Shown here: positions 1 to 13,974 of the stretch, piece after piece | How positions within the stretch are numbered: the first letter of the stretch is position 1 | Layout of the letters: the number at the start of each line of letters is the position of its first letter | Assembly (NCBI RefSeq): GCF_000016745.1 | Contig: NC_009483.1 | Coordinates: 1 to 32,000, forward strand | Length of the DNA: 32,000 nt | Direction: 5' to 3' | From: Geotalea uraniireducens Rf4 | Lineage (GTDB): Bacteria; Desulfobacterota; Desulfuromonadia; Geobacterales; Geobacteraceae | Translations under genes and position numbers: made by a program | Notes under the pieces: generated by a model | Databases searched by the model: none | What the model was told of the DNA's origin: nothing | The model's input: only the letters and a program-made list of their open reading frames with translations

Positions 1-45
1 TTGATAACCCTGTGTAAAAGTCATCACCAAATAAGGTTGTGCTAC

Positions 46-1395
46 ATGGAAAAGGTTTGGCTTGAAGCCCAATCAAATATAAAAAAGGTTCTAACACCAC
101 AAACCTACAACACCTGGATAAAACCGATCCGATTTCATACGCTGACGGATGATAATCTCACACTTGAAGTTCCAAGTAAATTCATTAAAGAATGGGTTAC
201 CGAAAAATATCTCCCCATGATCGTAGAAGCGATTTCGTCGCTTACAAGTGTTAAATACCAGATAGAATTTAAAATTACAGAAAAAATTCCACTGGAAAGC
301 AAGCCGGTCGATAACTTTACACCGGTCATAAAAGACAATGAGCCATCAAAAGAAACTAACAAAAATATTGACATTACCGCAAATTTAAATCCCAAATATA
401 CCTTTGATTCGTTTGTATGCGGCGCAAGCAACCAGTTTGCTCATGCAGCGTCTCAGGCTGTTGCCAGTAACCCCGCAAGTAATTACAACCCTCTCTTCAT
501 ATACGGCGGGGTCGGGCTCGGCAAGACCCATCTTCTTATTGCAATCGGCAATCACATCAAGGAAAATAACAAAAAGGCCAAAATCTGTTACTACTCATCT
601 GAAAAATTCATGAACGAGATGATCAACTGTCTCCGTTACAAGAAAATGGATGAATTTCGTAACAAGTTCAGGAAGATGGACATCCTCCTCATAGACGACA
701 TCCAGTTCATGGCCGGCAAAGAAGCAACCCAGGAAGAGTTTTTTCATACTTTCAATGCCCTCTATGAATCACACAAACAAATTGTCGTGACATCCGATAA
801 ATTTCCAAAGGATATTCCGGGATTGGAAGAAAGGCTCCGATCACGTTTTGAATGGGGACTGATCGCGGATATCCAACCACCCGACATTGAAACCAAAATT
901 GCCATTTTAAAGAAAAAGTCTGACCTTAATTCCATTACCCTGCCCAATGACGTGGCTCTCTTTCTGGCGTCAAGTGCCACGAGTAATGTAAGGGAACTGG
1001 AAGGCATGTTGATCAGACTGGGGGCATATGCCAGTCTCACTGGCAGCGAAATTACGCTCAATATGGCCCGCGACATCCTGAAAGATATTATCGTTGAAAA
1101 AACTAAAGACATTACAGTGGAAATGATTCAAAAACACGTGGCAGAACACTTTAAGATCAAAGTTTCCGAACTCAAATCGGACAAAAGATTAAAGACATTC
1201 GTTGTACCACGTCAAATTGCCATATTTATCTGTCGAGAGCTGACAAAATCTTCATATCCGGAAATAGGCGAGAAATTCGGCGGTAAAGATCACTCAACCA
1301 TCATTCATTCGGTGAAGAAAATTGAAAAGCAGATGGCTAACGACCTCGAGATAAAAAACATTGTGGAAAACCTGAAAAAAGAATTGATAACTTAA
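46..1395 (+). CDS. dnaA: Chromosomal replication initiator protein DnaA
   Basis: Long ORF (track 1..1395). The first ATG at 46 gives MEKVWLEAQ..., with AAGG upstream. Walker A GGVGLGKTHL, Walker B ILLIDDIQF, and a C-terminal DnaA-box-binding helix-turn-helix (PRQIAIFICREL...GGKDHSTIIHS). The TTG at position 1 is a window-edge artefact. Confidence 0.97.
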   Translation: MEKVWLEAQSNIKKVLTPQTYNTWIKPIRFHTLTDDNLTLEVPSKFIKEWVTEKYLPMIVEAISSLTSVKYQIEFKITEKIPLESKPVDNFTPVIKDNEPSKETNKNIDITANLNPKYTFDSFVCGASNQFAHAASQAVASNPASNYNPLFIYGGVGLGKTHLLIAIGNHIKENNKKAKICYYSSEKFMNEMINCLRYKKMDEFRNKFRKMDILLIDDIQFMAGKEATQEEFFHTFNALYESHKQIVVTSDKFPKDIPGLEERLRSRFEWGLIADIQPPDIETKIAILKKKSDLNSITLPNDVALFLASSATSNVRELEGMLIRLGAYASLTGSEITLNMARDILKDIIVEKTKDITVEMIQKHVAEHFKIKVSELKSDKRLKTFVVPRQIAIFICRELTKSSYPEIGEKFGGKDHSTIIHSVKKIEKQMANDLEIKNIVENLKKELIT

Positions 1396-1426
1396 ACGGA
1401 AAAGATGTTCATATCCGGGACTAAAT

Positions 1427-1545
1427 TGTTCATAAATTGAAAGGTTGTTTATAAATCAGAATTTACTGCTGTTTAACCAACAAGGATATAAACTGAAAAA
1501 AATACGCTATTTTAATACGTTAGTAACAGTATCCACAAATCCACA
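1427..1545. promoter_or_regulatory. DnaA-box-like 9-mers in the AT-rich dnaA-dnaN spacer (possible oriC segment or DnaA-controlled dnaN promoter)
   Basis: Two adjacent ATCCACA cores: GTATCCACA at 1529-1537 (8/9 to TTATCCACA) and AAATCCACA at 1537-1545 (7/9). On the reverse strand, TGTTCATAA at 1427-1435 and TGTTTATAA at 1447-1455 each match 7/9. The flanks are AT-rich (A7 run, TATATA tracts). Confidence 0.4.
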
Positions 1546-1610
1546 GGCGATATATACTACTACTGTAAAGATCTAAATATAATACTATATAGTGCGGATG
1601 GGGGAATAAC

Positions 1611-2729
1611 ATGGAATTTAGAGTAGCCAAGGACACATTCACAAAAGCACTGCAAAAAATCCAGGGCATTGTCGAAAAACGCAACACCATGCCTATTCTT
1701 TCCAACACATTAATAGAAGCCCACAACGATACGTTGTATATTACAGCTACTGACCTGGAAGTGGGCATGAAAAGCTCATACCCCGTAAATGTAATCAAAG
1801 AAGGAAAGATCACGGTATCAGCAAAAAAGATATACGAGATAATCAAAGAGTTATCGGATGAGGAAATTGTATTTTCAACAAAAGAGAATGACTGGGTAGA
1901 GATACATTGTGGCAAAGCACATTTTAATATTGTAGGCCTCTCACCAGATGAATTTCCTTACTTTCCCAAAATAAATGATAATAGTTTTATTACGTTGAAC
2001 AACCAGATTCTCAGCGAAATGATTGAAAAGACATCCTATGCCATATGTAACGATGAAACCAAATTCAATTTGAATGGCATTTTCATAAAAGCAACGACAG
2101 AAAATGAAAGAAATGTACTGAGAATGGTAGCAACAGACGGACACCGGCTATCAGTAACGGAAAAAGAATTATCGGGCAATATCAGTAATGAGTTGAACAA
2201 AGGCGTTATATTTCCCAAAAAAGGGATTTTCGAACTGAAGAAAATGACCGAAGAAGAAATCGGCGACATAATGCTTGGATTTATGGACAACAGCGCTGTC
2301 ATAAAAAAAGGAAATACCGTGATTGTTATGCGTTTGATAGACGGTGAATTTCCTGACTACACCAAAGTCATACCAACTAATAACGATAAAATTATAAAAA
2401 TCTTGCGCGAATCATTACTCCATTCGCTGAGAAGAATGGCAATACTTTCAAGTGAAAAATTCAAAGGGATAAAACTTGATGTAAGGAACGGGAGTGTAGA
2501 GATATCATCCAGCAATCCCGAACTTGGAGATGCAAGGGAGGAACTGGAAGTCGACTATCAGGGTGAACCGTTGTCGGTCCGGTTTAACGCAAGATATCTC
2601 ATAGATGTTCTTACAATACTCAAAGAAGATGAAGTAGAATTGAACCTCAGGGATGAACTTTCGCCGATCATCATGAAACCGGCAGCAAAAAATGATTTCA
2701 TGTCGGTGATAATGCCAATGCGTCTCTAA
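1611..2729 (+). CDS. dnaN: DNA polymerase III beta sliding clamp
   Basis: 372-aa ORF with a GGGGGA Shine-Dalgarno about 6 nt upstream. It follows dnaA and has the three-domain clamp length. Conserved stretches IVEKRNTMPILSN and FNIVGLSPDEFPYFP, and a C-terminal MPMRL. Confidence 0.96.
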   Translation: MEFRVAKDTFTKALQKIQGIVEKRNTMPILSNTLIEAHNDTLYITATDLEVGMKSSYPVNVIKEGKITVSAKKIYEIIKELSDEEIVFSTKENDWVEIHCGKAHFNIVGLSPDEFPYFPKINDNSFITLNNQILSEMIEKTSYAICNDETKFNLNGIFIKATTENERNVLRMVATDGHRLSVTEKELSGNISNELNKGVIFPKKGIFELKKMTEEEIGDIMLGFMDNSAVIKKGNTVIVMRLIDGEFPDYTKVIPTNNDKIIKILRESLLHSLRRMAILSSEKFKGIKLDVRNGSVEISSSNPELGDAREELEVDYQGEPLSVRFNARYLIDVLTILKEDEVELNLRDELSPIIMKPAAKNDFMSVIMPMRL

Positions 2730-2762
2730 ACAACTGCCAGATGAGCAGTTTCAGGCATTAAT

Positions 2763-2791
2763 AGGCCCCTCTTGAAAGGAGTGGCCTTTTT
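2763..2791 (+). terminator. Rho-independent terminator-like hairpin after dnaN
   Basis: AGGCCCCTC (2763-2771), loop TTGAAA, GGAGTGGCCT (2778-2787) with one mismatch, followed by TTTTT. Confidence 0.55.
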
Positions 2792-2809
2792 AATGAAATT
2801 ATAGTTGAG

Positions 2810-6297
<3,488 letters not shown>

Positions 6298-6302
6298 TAT
6301 TC

Positions 6303-6328
6303 GTAGGGGCACGATTGCCATCCCCTAC
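6303..6328. repeat. Palindromic intercistronic element GTAGGGG-N12-CCCCTAC
   Basis: GTAGGGG (6303-6309) and CCCCTAC (6322-6328) are exact reverse complements in the 57-nt gyrB-gyrA spacer. The same terminal 7-mers bound the twin hairpins at 20430-20496. Confidence 0.45.
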
Positions 6329-6354
6329 ATGCCATCTATTGCAAAGAGGTCTGC

Positions 6355-8853
6355 ATGCTTACTCAAACGAACAAGGTAGCGGTCAACATAGAAGATGAAA
6401 TGAAGCGGTCGTACATGGATTATGCCATGTCGGTCATTATCGGTCGTGCCCTCCCCGACGTGCGGGATGGTCTGAAGCCGGTACATCGGCGTTGCCTCTA
6501 TGCCATGTACGACATGGGCAACGATTACAACAAGCCTTACAAGAAATCGGCCCGCGTGGTCGGTGATGTTATCGGTAAGTACCATCCCCATGGCGATACA
6601 GCGGTCTACGACACCCTGGTACGTATGGCCCAGGACTTTTCCCTCCGTTACCCGCTGGTTGACGGCCAGGGCAACTTCGGCTCCATCGACGGCGATTCCC
6701 CTGCGGCCATGCGTTATACGGAAATCCGCATGTACCAGCTGGCCCATGAACTTCTGGCCGACCTGGACAAGGAAACCGTCGAAATGGGGCCGAACTACGA
6801 CGATTCGTTGCAGGAACCGCTGGTGCTGCCGGCCAAGTTCCCCAACCTGCTCGTCAACGGCTCTTCCGGGATCGCCGTCGGCATGGCGACCAACATCCCC
6901 CCGCACAACCTGTCGGAGGTGATCGACGGCATCATCGCGGTGATCCAGAATCCATTGCTGACCTTTGAAGAGTTGATTGAACTGATCCCGGGACCTGACT
7001 TTCCCACCGCCGGCTTCATCTACGGCCGGGAAGGAATAGTCTCCGCATACGGGACCGGCCGCGGCATCATCCAGATGCGGGCGCGCGCCATGATCGAGAC
7101 CCACAAGAAGACGGAACGCCAGTCCATCGTCGTTACCGAGATCCCCTACCAGGTCAACAAGGCCAGGCTAGTGGAGAAGATTGCCGAACTGGTGCGTGAA
7201 AAGAAGATAGAGGGTATTTCCGACCTGCGCGACGAATCGGACCGGGAAGGGATGCGGATCGTCATCGAGCTGAAGAAGGACGAGAACCCGCAGATACTCC
7301 TCAACCACCTCTATAAGCAGACCCAGATGCAGTCGTCGTTCGGCATCATCATGCTCGCCATCGTCAACAACCGGCCGCGGGTGCTGACCCTGCGCGAAAC
7401 CATCAATTACTTCATCGACCACCGCCGCGAGATCGTTACCCGGCGGACCATCTTCGACCTGAAAAAGGCCGAGGCCCGCGCCCATATCCTGGAAGGTCTC
7501 AAGATCGCCCTCGACAATCTTGACGAGGTGATCAACCTGATAAAATCATCTGCTTCTCCTGCCGAGGCCAAGACGGGACTGATGAGCCGTTTCGGACTCT
7601 CGGAAATCCAGGCCCAGGCAATCCTCGACATGCGGCTCCACCGCCTCACCGGCCTGGAACGGGACAAGATCGTGGCAGAGTACCTGGAGATTCTCAAGTA
7701 CATCGCCCGACTCAAGGAAATCCTCGCTTCGGAGACGGAGATCCTCAACATCATCGTCGGTGAACTGCGGGAGTTGAAGGATAAATTCGGCGACAAAAGA
7801 CGCACCGAAATCGTCAGCCAGACCGCGGAAATCTCCCTGGAGGACACCATCGTCGAAGAGGACATGGTGGTTACCATCTCCCATACCGGTTACATCAAGC
7901 GGAACGCGGTGACCCTCTACCGCGCCCAGCGCCGCGGCGGCAAAGGGAAGACCGGGATGAAGACCAAGGAAGAGGATTTCGTCGAGCAGCTCTTCATCGC
8001 CTCCTCCAAGGACTACCTGATGTTTTTCACCGATGCCGGCAAGGTCTACTGGCTCAAGGTATACGAAATCCCCGAAGCAGGACGCGCTACCAGAGGAAAG
8101 GCGATCGTCAATCTGCTCAACCTGTCGACAAATGAGAAGATCACGGCCATTCTCCCGGTCAAGGAGTTTACCGCGGACAAGTTCATCATGATGGCCACCC
8201 GCAACGGGGTGGTGAAAAAGACCCCTCTCCTGGAATACTCCCACCCCAGGGTCGGCGGCATCATCGCGGTCAACCTGGACGAAGGTGACAAGCTTATTAC
8301 CGTGGCGCTGACCGATGGCAGGCAGGATGTGCTGCTCGCCTCGAAAAACGGCAAATCCATCCGCTTCAAGGAGTCTGATGTCAGGACAGTGGGCCGTGTC
8401 TCCCGCGGGGTGAGGGGAATGACCCTGGAGGATGACGATGTGGTAATAGGCATGGAAATTCTAAACGAGAATTTTACCGATTCCACTCTCTTTACCGTCA
8501 CTGAAAATGGTTTCGGCAAGCGGACCGAATTGAGTGAATACCGCTGCCAGTCCCGGGGGGGCAAAGGGGTTATTACCATTAAAACCACGGAACGGAACGG
8601 CTGCGTGGTTGATATCAAGCAGGTCACCGATGAAAACGACCTGATGCTCATCACTGACCAGGGAAAAATCCTTCGCGTGCCGGTGGCCGGTTTCTCCATC
8701 ATCGGCCGGAATACCCAGGGCGTAAGGCTGATGGTCACCGAGGACGAGGAGCGGATCGTTGCGGTGGCGCGGCTTGCCGAGAAGGAAGACGAGGAAGAAT
8801 CTGAAGAAACAGCTGATAACGGACCGGAAGCGGAGAATGTGGAGGAAGAATAG
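6355..8853 (+). CDS. gyrA: DNA gyrase subunit A
   Basis: 832 aa, with AGAGG Shine-Dalgarno. QRDR-type [13 protein letters not shown], catalytic-Tyr region AAMRYTE, GyrA box QRRGGKG, repeated beta-pinwheel blades and an acidic C-terminal tail (EDEEESEE...). Confidence 0.98.
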   Translation: MLTQTNKVAVNIEDEMKRSYMDYAMSVIIGRALPDVRDGLKPVHRRCLYAMYDMGNDYNKPYKKSARVVGDVIGKYHPHGDTAVYDTLVRMAQDFSLRYPLVDGQGNFGSIDGDSPAAMRYTEIRMYQLAHELLADLDKETVEMGPNYDDSLQEPLVLPAKFPNLLVNGSSGIAVGMATNIPPHNLSEVIDGIIAVIQNPLLTFEELIELIPGPDFPTAGFIYGREGIVSAYGTGRGIIQMRARAMIETHKKTERQSIVVTEIPYQVNKARLVEKIAELVREKKIEGISDLRDESDREGMRIVIELKKDENPQILLNHLYKQTQMQSSFGIIMLAIVNNRPRVLTLRETINYFIDHRREIVTRRTIFDLKKAEARAHILEGLKIALDNLDEVINLIKSSASPAEAKTGLMSRFGLSEIQAQAILDMRLHRLTGLERDKIVAEYLEILKYIARLKEILASETEILNIIVGELRELKDKFGDKRRTEIVSQTAEISLEDTIVEEDMVVTISHTGYIKRNAVTLYRAQRRGGKGKTGMKTKEEDFVEQLFIASSKDYLMFFTDAGKVYWLKVYEIPEAGRATRGKAIVNLLNLSTNEKITAILPVKEFTADKFIMMATRNGVVKKTPLLEYSHPRVGGIIAVNLDEGDKLITVALTDGRQDVLLASKNGKSIRFKESDVRTVGRVSRGVRGMTLEDDDVVIGMEILNENFTDSTLFTVTENGFGKRTELSEYRCQSRGGKGVITIKTTERNGCVVDIKQVTDENDLMLITDQGKILRVPVAGFSIIGRNTQGVRLMVTEDEERIVAVARLAEKEDEEESEETADNGPEAENVEEE

Positions 8854-8906
8854 TCCCGTCTTTCCAGGATGAAAATGCCCGGTATGATTAGGGCGTAAAA
8901 CGGCAG

Positions 8907-10517
8907 GTGATGATGCCTCACAGGAAAGAAGATGCGATGCAAAAGCGGAAAAAAATAGATACGACGCTTAAAGAGCGCCGCGGCATCCTTTGCTTGCTCG
9001 AAAAGCTGAAGCAGGAAAACATCACCCTGGATGAAATGGAAGAGATCGGCGCCACGCTGAAAAAATCCGGAAAACGGGCGCTACGTCCGCTGGTAAGGCA
9101 GTTGTGGCGGGAAAGAAGCGGCGATCTGATCTCCAAGTATACGTACCTGCTCGATTTTTTTGAAGACGAGGTTTGGATAGACCAGCTGATCCAGATAGCC
9201 CTCAAGCGCCGGGATCTGGACAATGACGGCAAGGCCGCGATGTTGGCCGCATTGGAAGGTTACGGCGTGGATGTGAGCTCCCCCCCCTTTTCAACCCTTT
9301 TTGCGGGTGTCGGCAATCCGTTGAGCTTTTCCATGCCGGAGATTCTGGACAGGGGAGAAGAAGGACTTGTCTCCTTCATGGAAGAGTTTCTCCTGTATCC
9401 GAGGGAGATTCAACTGATTGTCATCCGCGAACTCCCTTCAGTTGCCGACCCGCGTGTCATAACCCTGCTGGAGGTCCTGCTCCGGCTTGATTGCGATGAG
9501 GTAGTTGCTGCAGCACTCACTGCATTGGGAAGAATCAGAGACGAAAGATCTGTCGCCGTATTGCGGAATTATCTCCCCCAGGGAGACGAAACGCTGCTCA
9601 AGCTTGCTGCCCGGAGCTTGCGCCGGCTTTCATTTTTAGGGGTGGATATAGGTAAAACCCTGCCGCAGACATCTCCCCTCCCCTTTCATGGATGCTTTGC
9701 GAGCCCTCCGGATGGCGATGGCCGTCGATCTCTTGTCATCTCCCGCTGGGTGGACGCGGACACACTCACGGTTCTTTACCTCCAGGTAGATGAAATGAGA
9801 GGAATCATTGGTACATGGGGTTGTAGAGGTGTTACTCCGGATGAATTCGCCGAAGAGCTGACCGATATTCGCGGCGAAGAGGGGGTGGTGGCAGTCGACC
9901 CTGACTACGCCCTTCTCTTGGCAAGGGATGCCTTGTATCGGAGCACGGAAAACCCTCTTGGCCTTCCAGCGGAATTTTACGTGCGACGCGGCATGTTCCA
10001 CGACGACGAGCTTGTGCCGGCGCAGTATCATCCCGACTTCCAGGACTGCGGCTTGAGGCGCGTTCCCCGTTTAAGCGGGGGGAGTGAAGCTTTCGACTCA
10101 CTCTTTGACGACGACTTTTTTTCCTGCTGGTTTATGGCCAACGGCAGCGTTTACGACTTCGCCGAAGAATGGCGCGAACTGGAAAAGAATTGCAGCGGCA
10201 AACTGCTGGCACAGGGACTGGAATCGATTCTGGAGCGTTTCTGCCGCAAACTTTTTGCGCCGGAAATTGACCTTATCCAAAGGAGGCTGCTGTTGACAGC
10301 CGACCTGATGCGCCATGTGGGCAGAGAGTCGTCGCTTGTGGAAAAAACAGTGGCCTTGGCCTCAAGCCTTGGCAAGTATGAGTTGCCGTACCATTTTCAC
10401 CCGTTTCTGCGCCGTTTTGCCTTGGAAAGCATGGATATGGCCCGCGAGGCGCTGGCAGAAGGGTATGACCTGCGCCAGCACCCGGCAGATGCAGATGATG
10501 ATGACTGGGATGAGTGA
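8907..10517 (+). CDS. Conserved hypothetical protein with HEAT/armadillo-like repeats
   Basis: 536-aa ORF with G/C-ending codon bias on the same strand as its neighbours. HEAT-like segment PRVITLLEVLLRLDCDEVVAAALTALGRIRDERSVAVLRNYL and an acidic C-terminus. The start is uncertain: ATG at 8907 or 8910, or 8937 (MQKRKK). Confidence 0.7.
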   Translation: MMMPHRKEDAMQKRKKIDTTLKERRGILCLLEKLKQENITLDEMEEIGATLKKSGKRALRPLVRQLWRERSGDLISKYTYLLDFFEDEVWIDQLIQIALKRRDLDNDGKAAMLAALEGYGVDVSSPPFSTLFAGVGNPLSFSMPEILDRGEEGLVSFMEEFLLYPREIQLIVIRELPSVADPRVITLLEVLLRLDCDEVVAAALTALGRIRDERSVAVLRNYLPQGDETLLKLAARSLRRLSFLGVDIGKTLPQTSPLPFHGCFASPPDGDGRRSLVISRWVDADTLTVLYLQVDEMRGIIGTWGCRGVTPDEFAEELTDIRGEEGVVAVDPDYALLLARDALYRSTENPLGLPAEFYVRRGMFHDDELVPAQYHPDFQDCGLRRVPRLSGGSEAFDSLFDDDFFSCWFMANGSVYDFAEEWRELEKNCSGKLLAQGLESILERFCRKLFAPEIDLIQRRLLLTADLMRHVGRESSLVEKTVALASSLGKYELPYHFHPFLRRFALESMDMAREALAEGYDLRQHPADADDDDWDE

Positions 10518-10552
10518 ATCGGGTACAATATCTGGAAACAATAACCAGACTC

Positions 10553-10569
10553 GGCTTTCAAAGAAAGCC
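10553..10569 (+). terminator. Weak terminator-like hairpin upstream of gpsA
   Basis: GGCTTTC-AAA-GAAAGCC is a perfect 7-bp stem, followed only by GAATTTTC (a short T tract). Confidence 0.3.
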
Positions 10570-10586
10570 GAATTTTCGGAGAATTA

Positions 10587-11600
10587 ATGGAAATGCAGGA
10601 AAACATAGGAGTGATCGGCGCTGGAAGCTGGGGAACGACCTTGGCAGACCTTCTGGCTAAAAAGGGGCATAACGTAACCCTGTGGGCATATGAACCGGAA
10701 CTGGTTGAGGAGATGACGCAGACGCGAAGCAACAGCCTTTTCCTGCCGGGAATCAGCCTTTCGCCTGAGCTTAAATTCACCAATGTATTGCAGGAGGCCG
10801 TGGCCGGCAAGACGGTGCTACTGTTCGTTGTGCCTTCCCAGGTTACTCGAAGCGTAATCAAAAGCGCCCTTCCCTTCATCTCCGGTTCCGCGCTTATCGT
10901 CAGTGCTTCCAAGGGGATTGAACTGGATACCCTGAAGACCGTATCCCAGATCTATGAGGAAATTTTGCCGCAAGAACTCTCCGCCAATTTTTCCGCCTTG
11001 TCCGGCCCCAGCTTTGCCCGTGAAGTAGCCCAGGAAATGCCGACAGCCGTGGCCGTGGCCTCCGGGCGTCAGGATGTGGCAAAACATGTGCAGCATACTT
11101 TTACAACCAGATTTTTCCGAGTCTATACAAACGACGACGTAACCGGGGTGGAACTCGGTGGCGCAATTAAAAATGTCATTGCCATTGCTGCCGGCATATC
11201 CGATGGTTTAGGCTTCGGCCATAATACCCGCGCGGCTCTAATCACCCGCGGTCTGGCGGAGATGACCCGTCTTGGACGTGCCATGGGGGCTCAGACGGCC
11301 ACATTTGCCGGTCTGGCAGGGATAGGGGACCTTGTGCTCACCTGCACGGGCGATCTTTCTCGCAATCGCAGTGTCGGGATCAAGCTCGGCGAGGGGCGGC
11401 GGCTTGCCGAAATTCTCGGCGAGATGCGCATGGTGGCGGAAGGGGTCAAGACTACCGAGTCCGCATATAACCTTGCCTCCAGGCTGAAGGTTGAAATGCC
11501 CATTACAGAAAAGGTATATCAGGTGCTGTATAAAGACAAACCGGCGCGCGAAGCAGTACTGGAACTCATGACCAGAGACTTGAAGGCAGAAGACTTTTGA
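10587..11600 (+). CDS. gpsA: NAD(P)H-dependent glycerol-3-phosphate dehydrogenase
   Basis: 337 aa. N-terminal Rossmann motif IGVIGAGSWGTTLA, plus GGAIKNVIAIAAGISDGLGFGHNTRAALITRGLAEM, which is typical of GpsA. Confidence 0.95.
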   Translation: MEMQENIGVIGAGSWGTTLADLLAKKGHNVTLWAYEPELVEEMTQTRSNSLFLPGISLSPELKFTNVLQEAVAGKTVLLFVVPSQVTRSVIKSALPFISGSALIVSASKGIELDTLKTVSQIYEEILPQELSANFSALSGPSFAREVAQEMPTAVAVASGRQDVAKHVQHTFTTRFFRVYTNDDVTGVELGGAIKNVIAIAAGISDGLGFGHNTRAALITRGLAEMTRLGRAMGAQTATFAGLAGIGDLVLTCTGDLSRNRSVGIKLGEGRRLAEILGEMRMVAEGVKTTESAYNLASRLKVEMPITEKVYQVLYKDKPAREAVLELMTRDLKAEDF

Positions 11601-11697
11601 TTCGTATCTGCCGTAGGTTAACGGCTGTCCTTGACGCTACGCCGGAGAATAGAGCGCACCCCCCCTTCATAATGGCAAACCTGCAAAAAGGCACGCT

Positions 11698-13974
11698 ATG
11701 CAATTAAGCCTGAGCATAAGAAGCAAACTGTTTTTATCCATACTGCTGATACTCCTCGTTTCTTATTCCACGCTCCTCTTTACAACATTCCAAAGCATTG
11801 AAGCGCATATTGAAAATGATATTGCCAAAGGACTGGAAGAACATCTCAACTATTCACGCAGTCAGTTTTTTGCCCGTGCCGACCAGATAAAATACTCCCT
11901 CATGCAGCCGGTTACTGCCCCCCCGGTGCAACAGCACCTTCGAGCCAAAGACAGTATTTGGCTCAGGGATGCCTTGTTCCGTTGGCGCAAGGTTCTTCCG
12001 TTTATCGATACCTTGGCCATCATGGATGCCGACAGAACCGTAGTCGCCAGGCTGAACAGCGGGCAGAGCGGTGATCGTTACCTGCTTTCGGCCATAGTCG
12101 AACAGGCGTTCCGTGAGAAAAGGGCGGTGATTTCCACCGAACTTGTCAGCAATTCATTTCTCTGCCGGGAGGGGGATACCGCATATTGTCCGCCGTTGCC
12201 CAAAGACGGCGAAGCGATGATGGTAACTGTCGCTATTCCTGTTATCGCCCCGGACGGTACTCTCCTGGGGGGGGTAGTAGCCGGAGACAAAATCAACAAC
12301 GACCCCAATCTGTCTTTTCAGATACAGGAGATCTTTGGTGAAGATGCGGAGGTCACCGTTACCCAGCGTGGACTACGGATAGTGAGCAGCCGTGCCGAAG
12401 ATTCCTTCCTTCCCGCCACCCTCGACCCGCATGTCATGGAGCGATTGGAAAAGGGATACTCCTTCCGTGGCGAGGCGGAGATAGGAAACAAGCTATATGA
12501 AACGGTATTCGAGCCGATCACCAACAGCAGGGGGGAGTTTGTCGGTTCCCTTTCCATCGCCCTGTCCAAGGAAAATCTGCGTAAAATAAGAAAAGACAGC
12601 CTGAAAAACGTCCTTACTTCCGCTGTCGTCGGTATACTTTTGTCATTTGCCATAGCCTTTGCCGCTGCGCGGAAATTAACCGGCCCCCTGCGTGAGCTCG
12701 CCCAGGGAGCCAGGATGATAGAGGCCGGAGACCTGAACCAACGAGTAGTTGTGAAGAGCGGGGATGAGGTCGGGACGCTGGCCGGTTCCTTCAACCGGAT
12801 GGCGAGTGCTCTTGCCGAGCGCGACAGCATTATTTCCAAAAAGAACCAGGACCTCCAGGAATTGAATGAACTCCTGGAAAAAAAGGTTACGACACGAACC
12901 GCCGAACTCAGCATGGAAATGGGGCGGCTTGAAGCTGTTCTCACTTGCATGGCAGAGGGGGTAGTTGTTACCGACAAGGATAACCGGGTAATCCTTTTTA
13001 ATCCGGCAGCGCAGAATATTTTCGACCTCGTTCCGTTCCGGGTGGTCGGACAACCGATTGAACAAGTATGCAGAGTGGGAGAGTTCACCCTGTTGCTGGA
13101 TTGCATTCGGGAAATCAGGGAGTCCGGCGGACCAGTTGCAAGCCGGCAAGAGGAGATGGAAGTAAAAGGGAAAAAGCTGAAAATCAACCTGTCTCCCATG
13201 GCGGATGATGCCGGCCAATTTGCCGGCGTCGTCATGTCGATCCGCGATATAACGGCTGAGGAAGAAGTGGACAGAATGAAGACCGACTTTATTTCGACGG
13301 TCTCCCATGAACTGAAAACACCCTTGACATCAATGAAGGGCTCTCTGCAACTCCTCCTGAATCGGGGCAAGTGGCTGACCGATACCGAGCGGCAGCTGCT
13401 TTCCGTCTGTCTGCGCAATACCCAGCGCCTTATCAGGCTGATCAACGAAATTCTCGATATATCAAAGATTGAGTCGGGAGGGATGAAATTCGATTATAAA
13501 CCGCTCTCCATGGGAGAACTGGTGGTCTACGCAGCCGAAGAGATCAAGGGTTTCGCCTTGAGCCGCAATATTTCCATTGTCAACAGCGTCGGCGATCATT
13601 TACCCCTGATATTCGGAGATCATGACAGGCTTATCCAGGTTTTGACCAACCTCCTTTCCAATGCGGTGAAGTTTTCGCCAGAGGGTAAAGTCGTCATGGT
13701 TTTGGCGGAGAGAGAAGGGAATTATCTGTTGGTTTCCGTAGCCGATCGGGGGAAGGTGATACAGTGGGCGGATCGCGAGAAACTTTTCAAAAAATTTCAG
13801 CAGTTGAATAATGCTGATCAGCTGCAGCAGGGGGGAACCGGACTGGGGCTTGCAATCTGTAAAGAGATAATCGAGAAGCATCACGGCAGAATCTATTACA
13901 ATGCCGGAAAAGAAGGTGGCAATGTTTTCACCTTTACGGTCCCGATATTTGAGGAGGATCATGGAAAAGGATAA
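11698..13974 (+). CDS. Sensor histidine kinase (TM - Cache-like periplasmic domain - TM - HAMP - PAS - HisKA - HATPase)
   Basis: 758 aa. Two hydrophobic helices (LFLSILLILLVSYSTLLF; VLTSAVVGILLSFAIAFAAA) flank a domain of about 270 aa. HAMP (PLRELAQGARMIEAGDL...GTLAGSFNRM), H-box FISTVSHELKTPLTS, N-box LTNLLSNAVKFSP, G-box GGTGLGLAICKEII. Confidence 0.9.
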   Translation: MQLSLSIRSKLFLSILLILLVSYSTLLFTTFQSIEAHIENDIAKGLEEHLNYSRSQFFARADQIKYSLMQPVTAPPVQQHLRAKDSIWLRDALFRWRKVLPFIDTLAIMDADRTVVARLNSGQSGDRYLLSAIVEQAFREKRAVISTELVSNSFLCREGDTAYCPPLPKDGEAMMVTVAIPVIAPDGTLLGGVVAGDKINNDPNLSFQIQEIFGEDAEVTVTQRGLRIVSSRAEDSFLPATLDPHVMERLEKGYSFRGEAEIGNKLYETVFEPITNSRGEFVGSLSIALSKENLRKIRKDSLKNVLTSAVVGILLSFAIAFAAARKLTGPLRELAQGARMIEAGDLNQRVVVKSGDEVGTLAGSFNRMASALAERDSIISKKNQDLQELNELLEKKVTTRTAELSMEMGRLEAVLTCMAEGVVVTDKDNRVILFNPAAQNIFDLVPFRVVGQPIEQVCRVGEFTLLLDCIREIRESGGPVASRQEEMEVKGKKLKINLSPMADDAGQFAGVVMSIRDITAEEEVDRMKTDFISTVSHELKTPLTSMKGSLQLLLNRGKWLTDTERQLLSVCLRNTQRLIRLINEILDISKIESGGMKFDYKPLSMGELVVYAAEEIKGFALSRNISIVNSVGDHLPLIFGDHDRLIQVLTNLLSNAVKFSPEGKVVMVLAEREGNYLLVSVADRGKVIQWADREKLFKKFQQLNNADQLQQGGTGLGLAICKEIIEKHHGRIYYNAGKEGGNVFTFTVPIFEEDHGKG

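Noticed and set aside
1-45. A TTG start at position 1 for dnaA (MITLCKSHHQIRLCY...).
   Set aside because: This is a window-edge artefact. The conserved DnaA N-terminus starts at MEKVW (ATG 46), which has an upstream AAGG.
6325-13445. Several long antisense ORFs: 6325..7104, 7546..8244 and 8046..8942 opposite gyrA, and 12318..13445 opposite the first kinase.
   Set aside because: All lie opposite genes with strong motif support. Their compositions are S/R/P- or G/V/D-rich and none has a ribosome-binding site. These are the stop-codon-poor antisense frames expected in GC-rich coding DNA.
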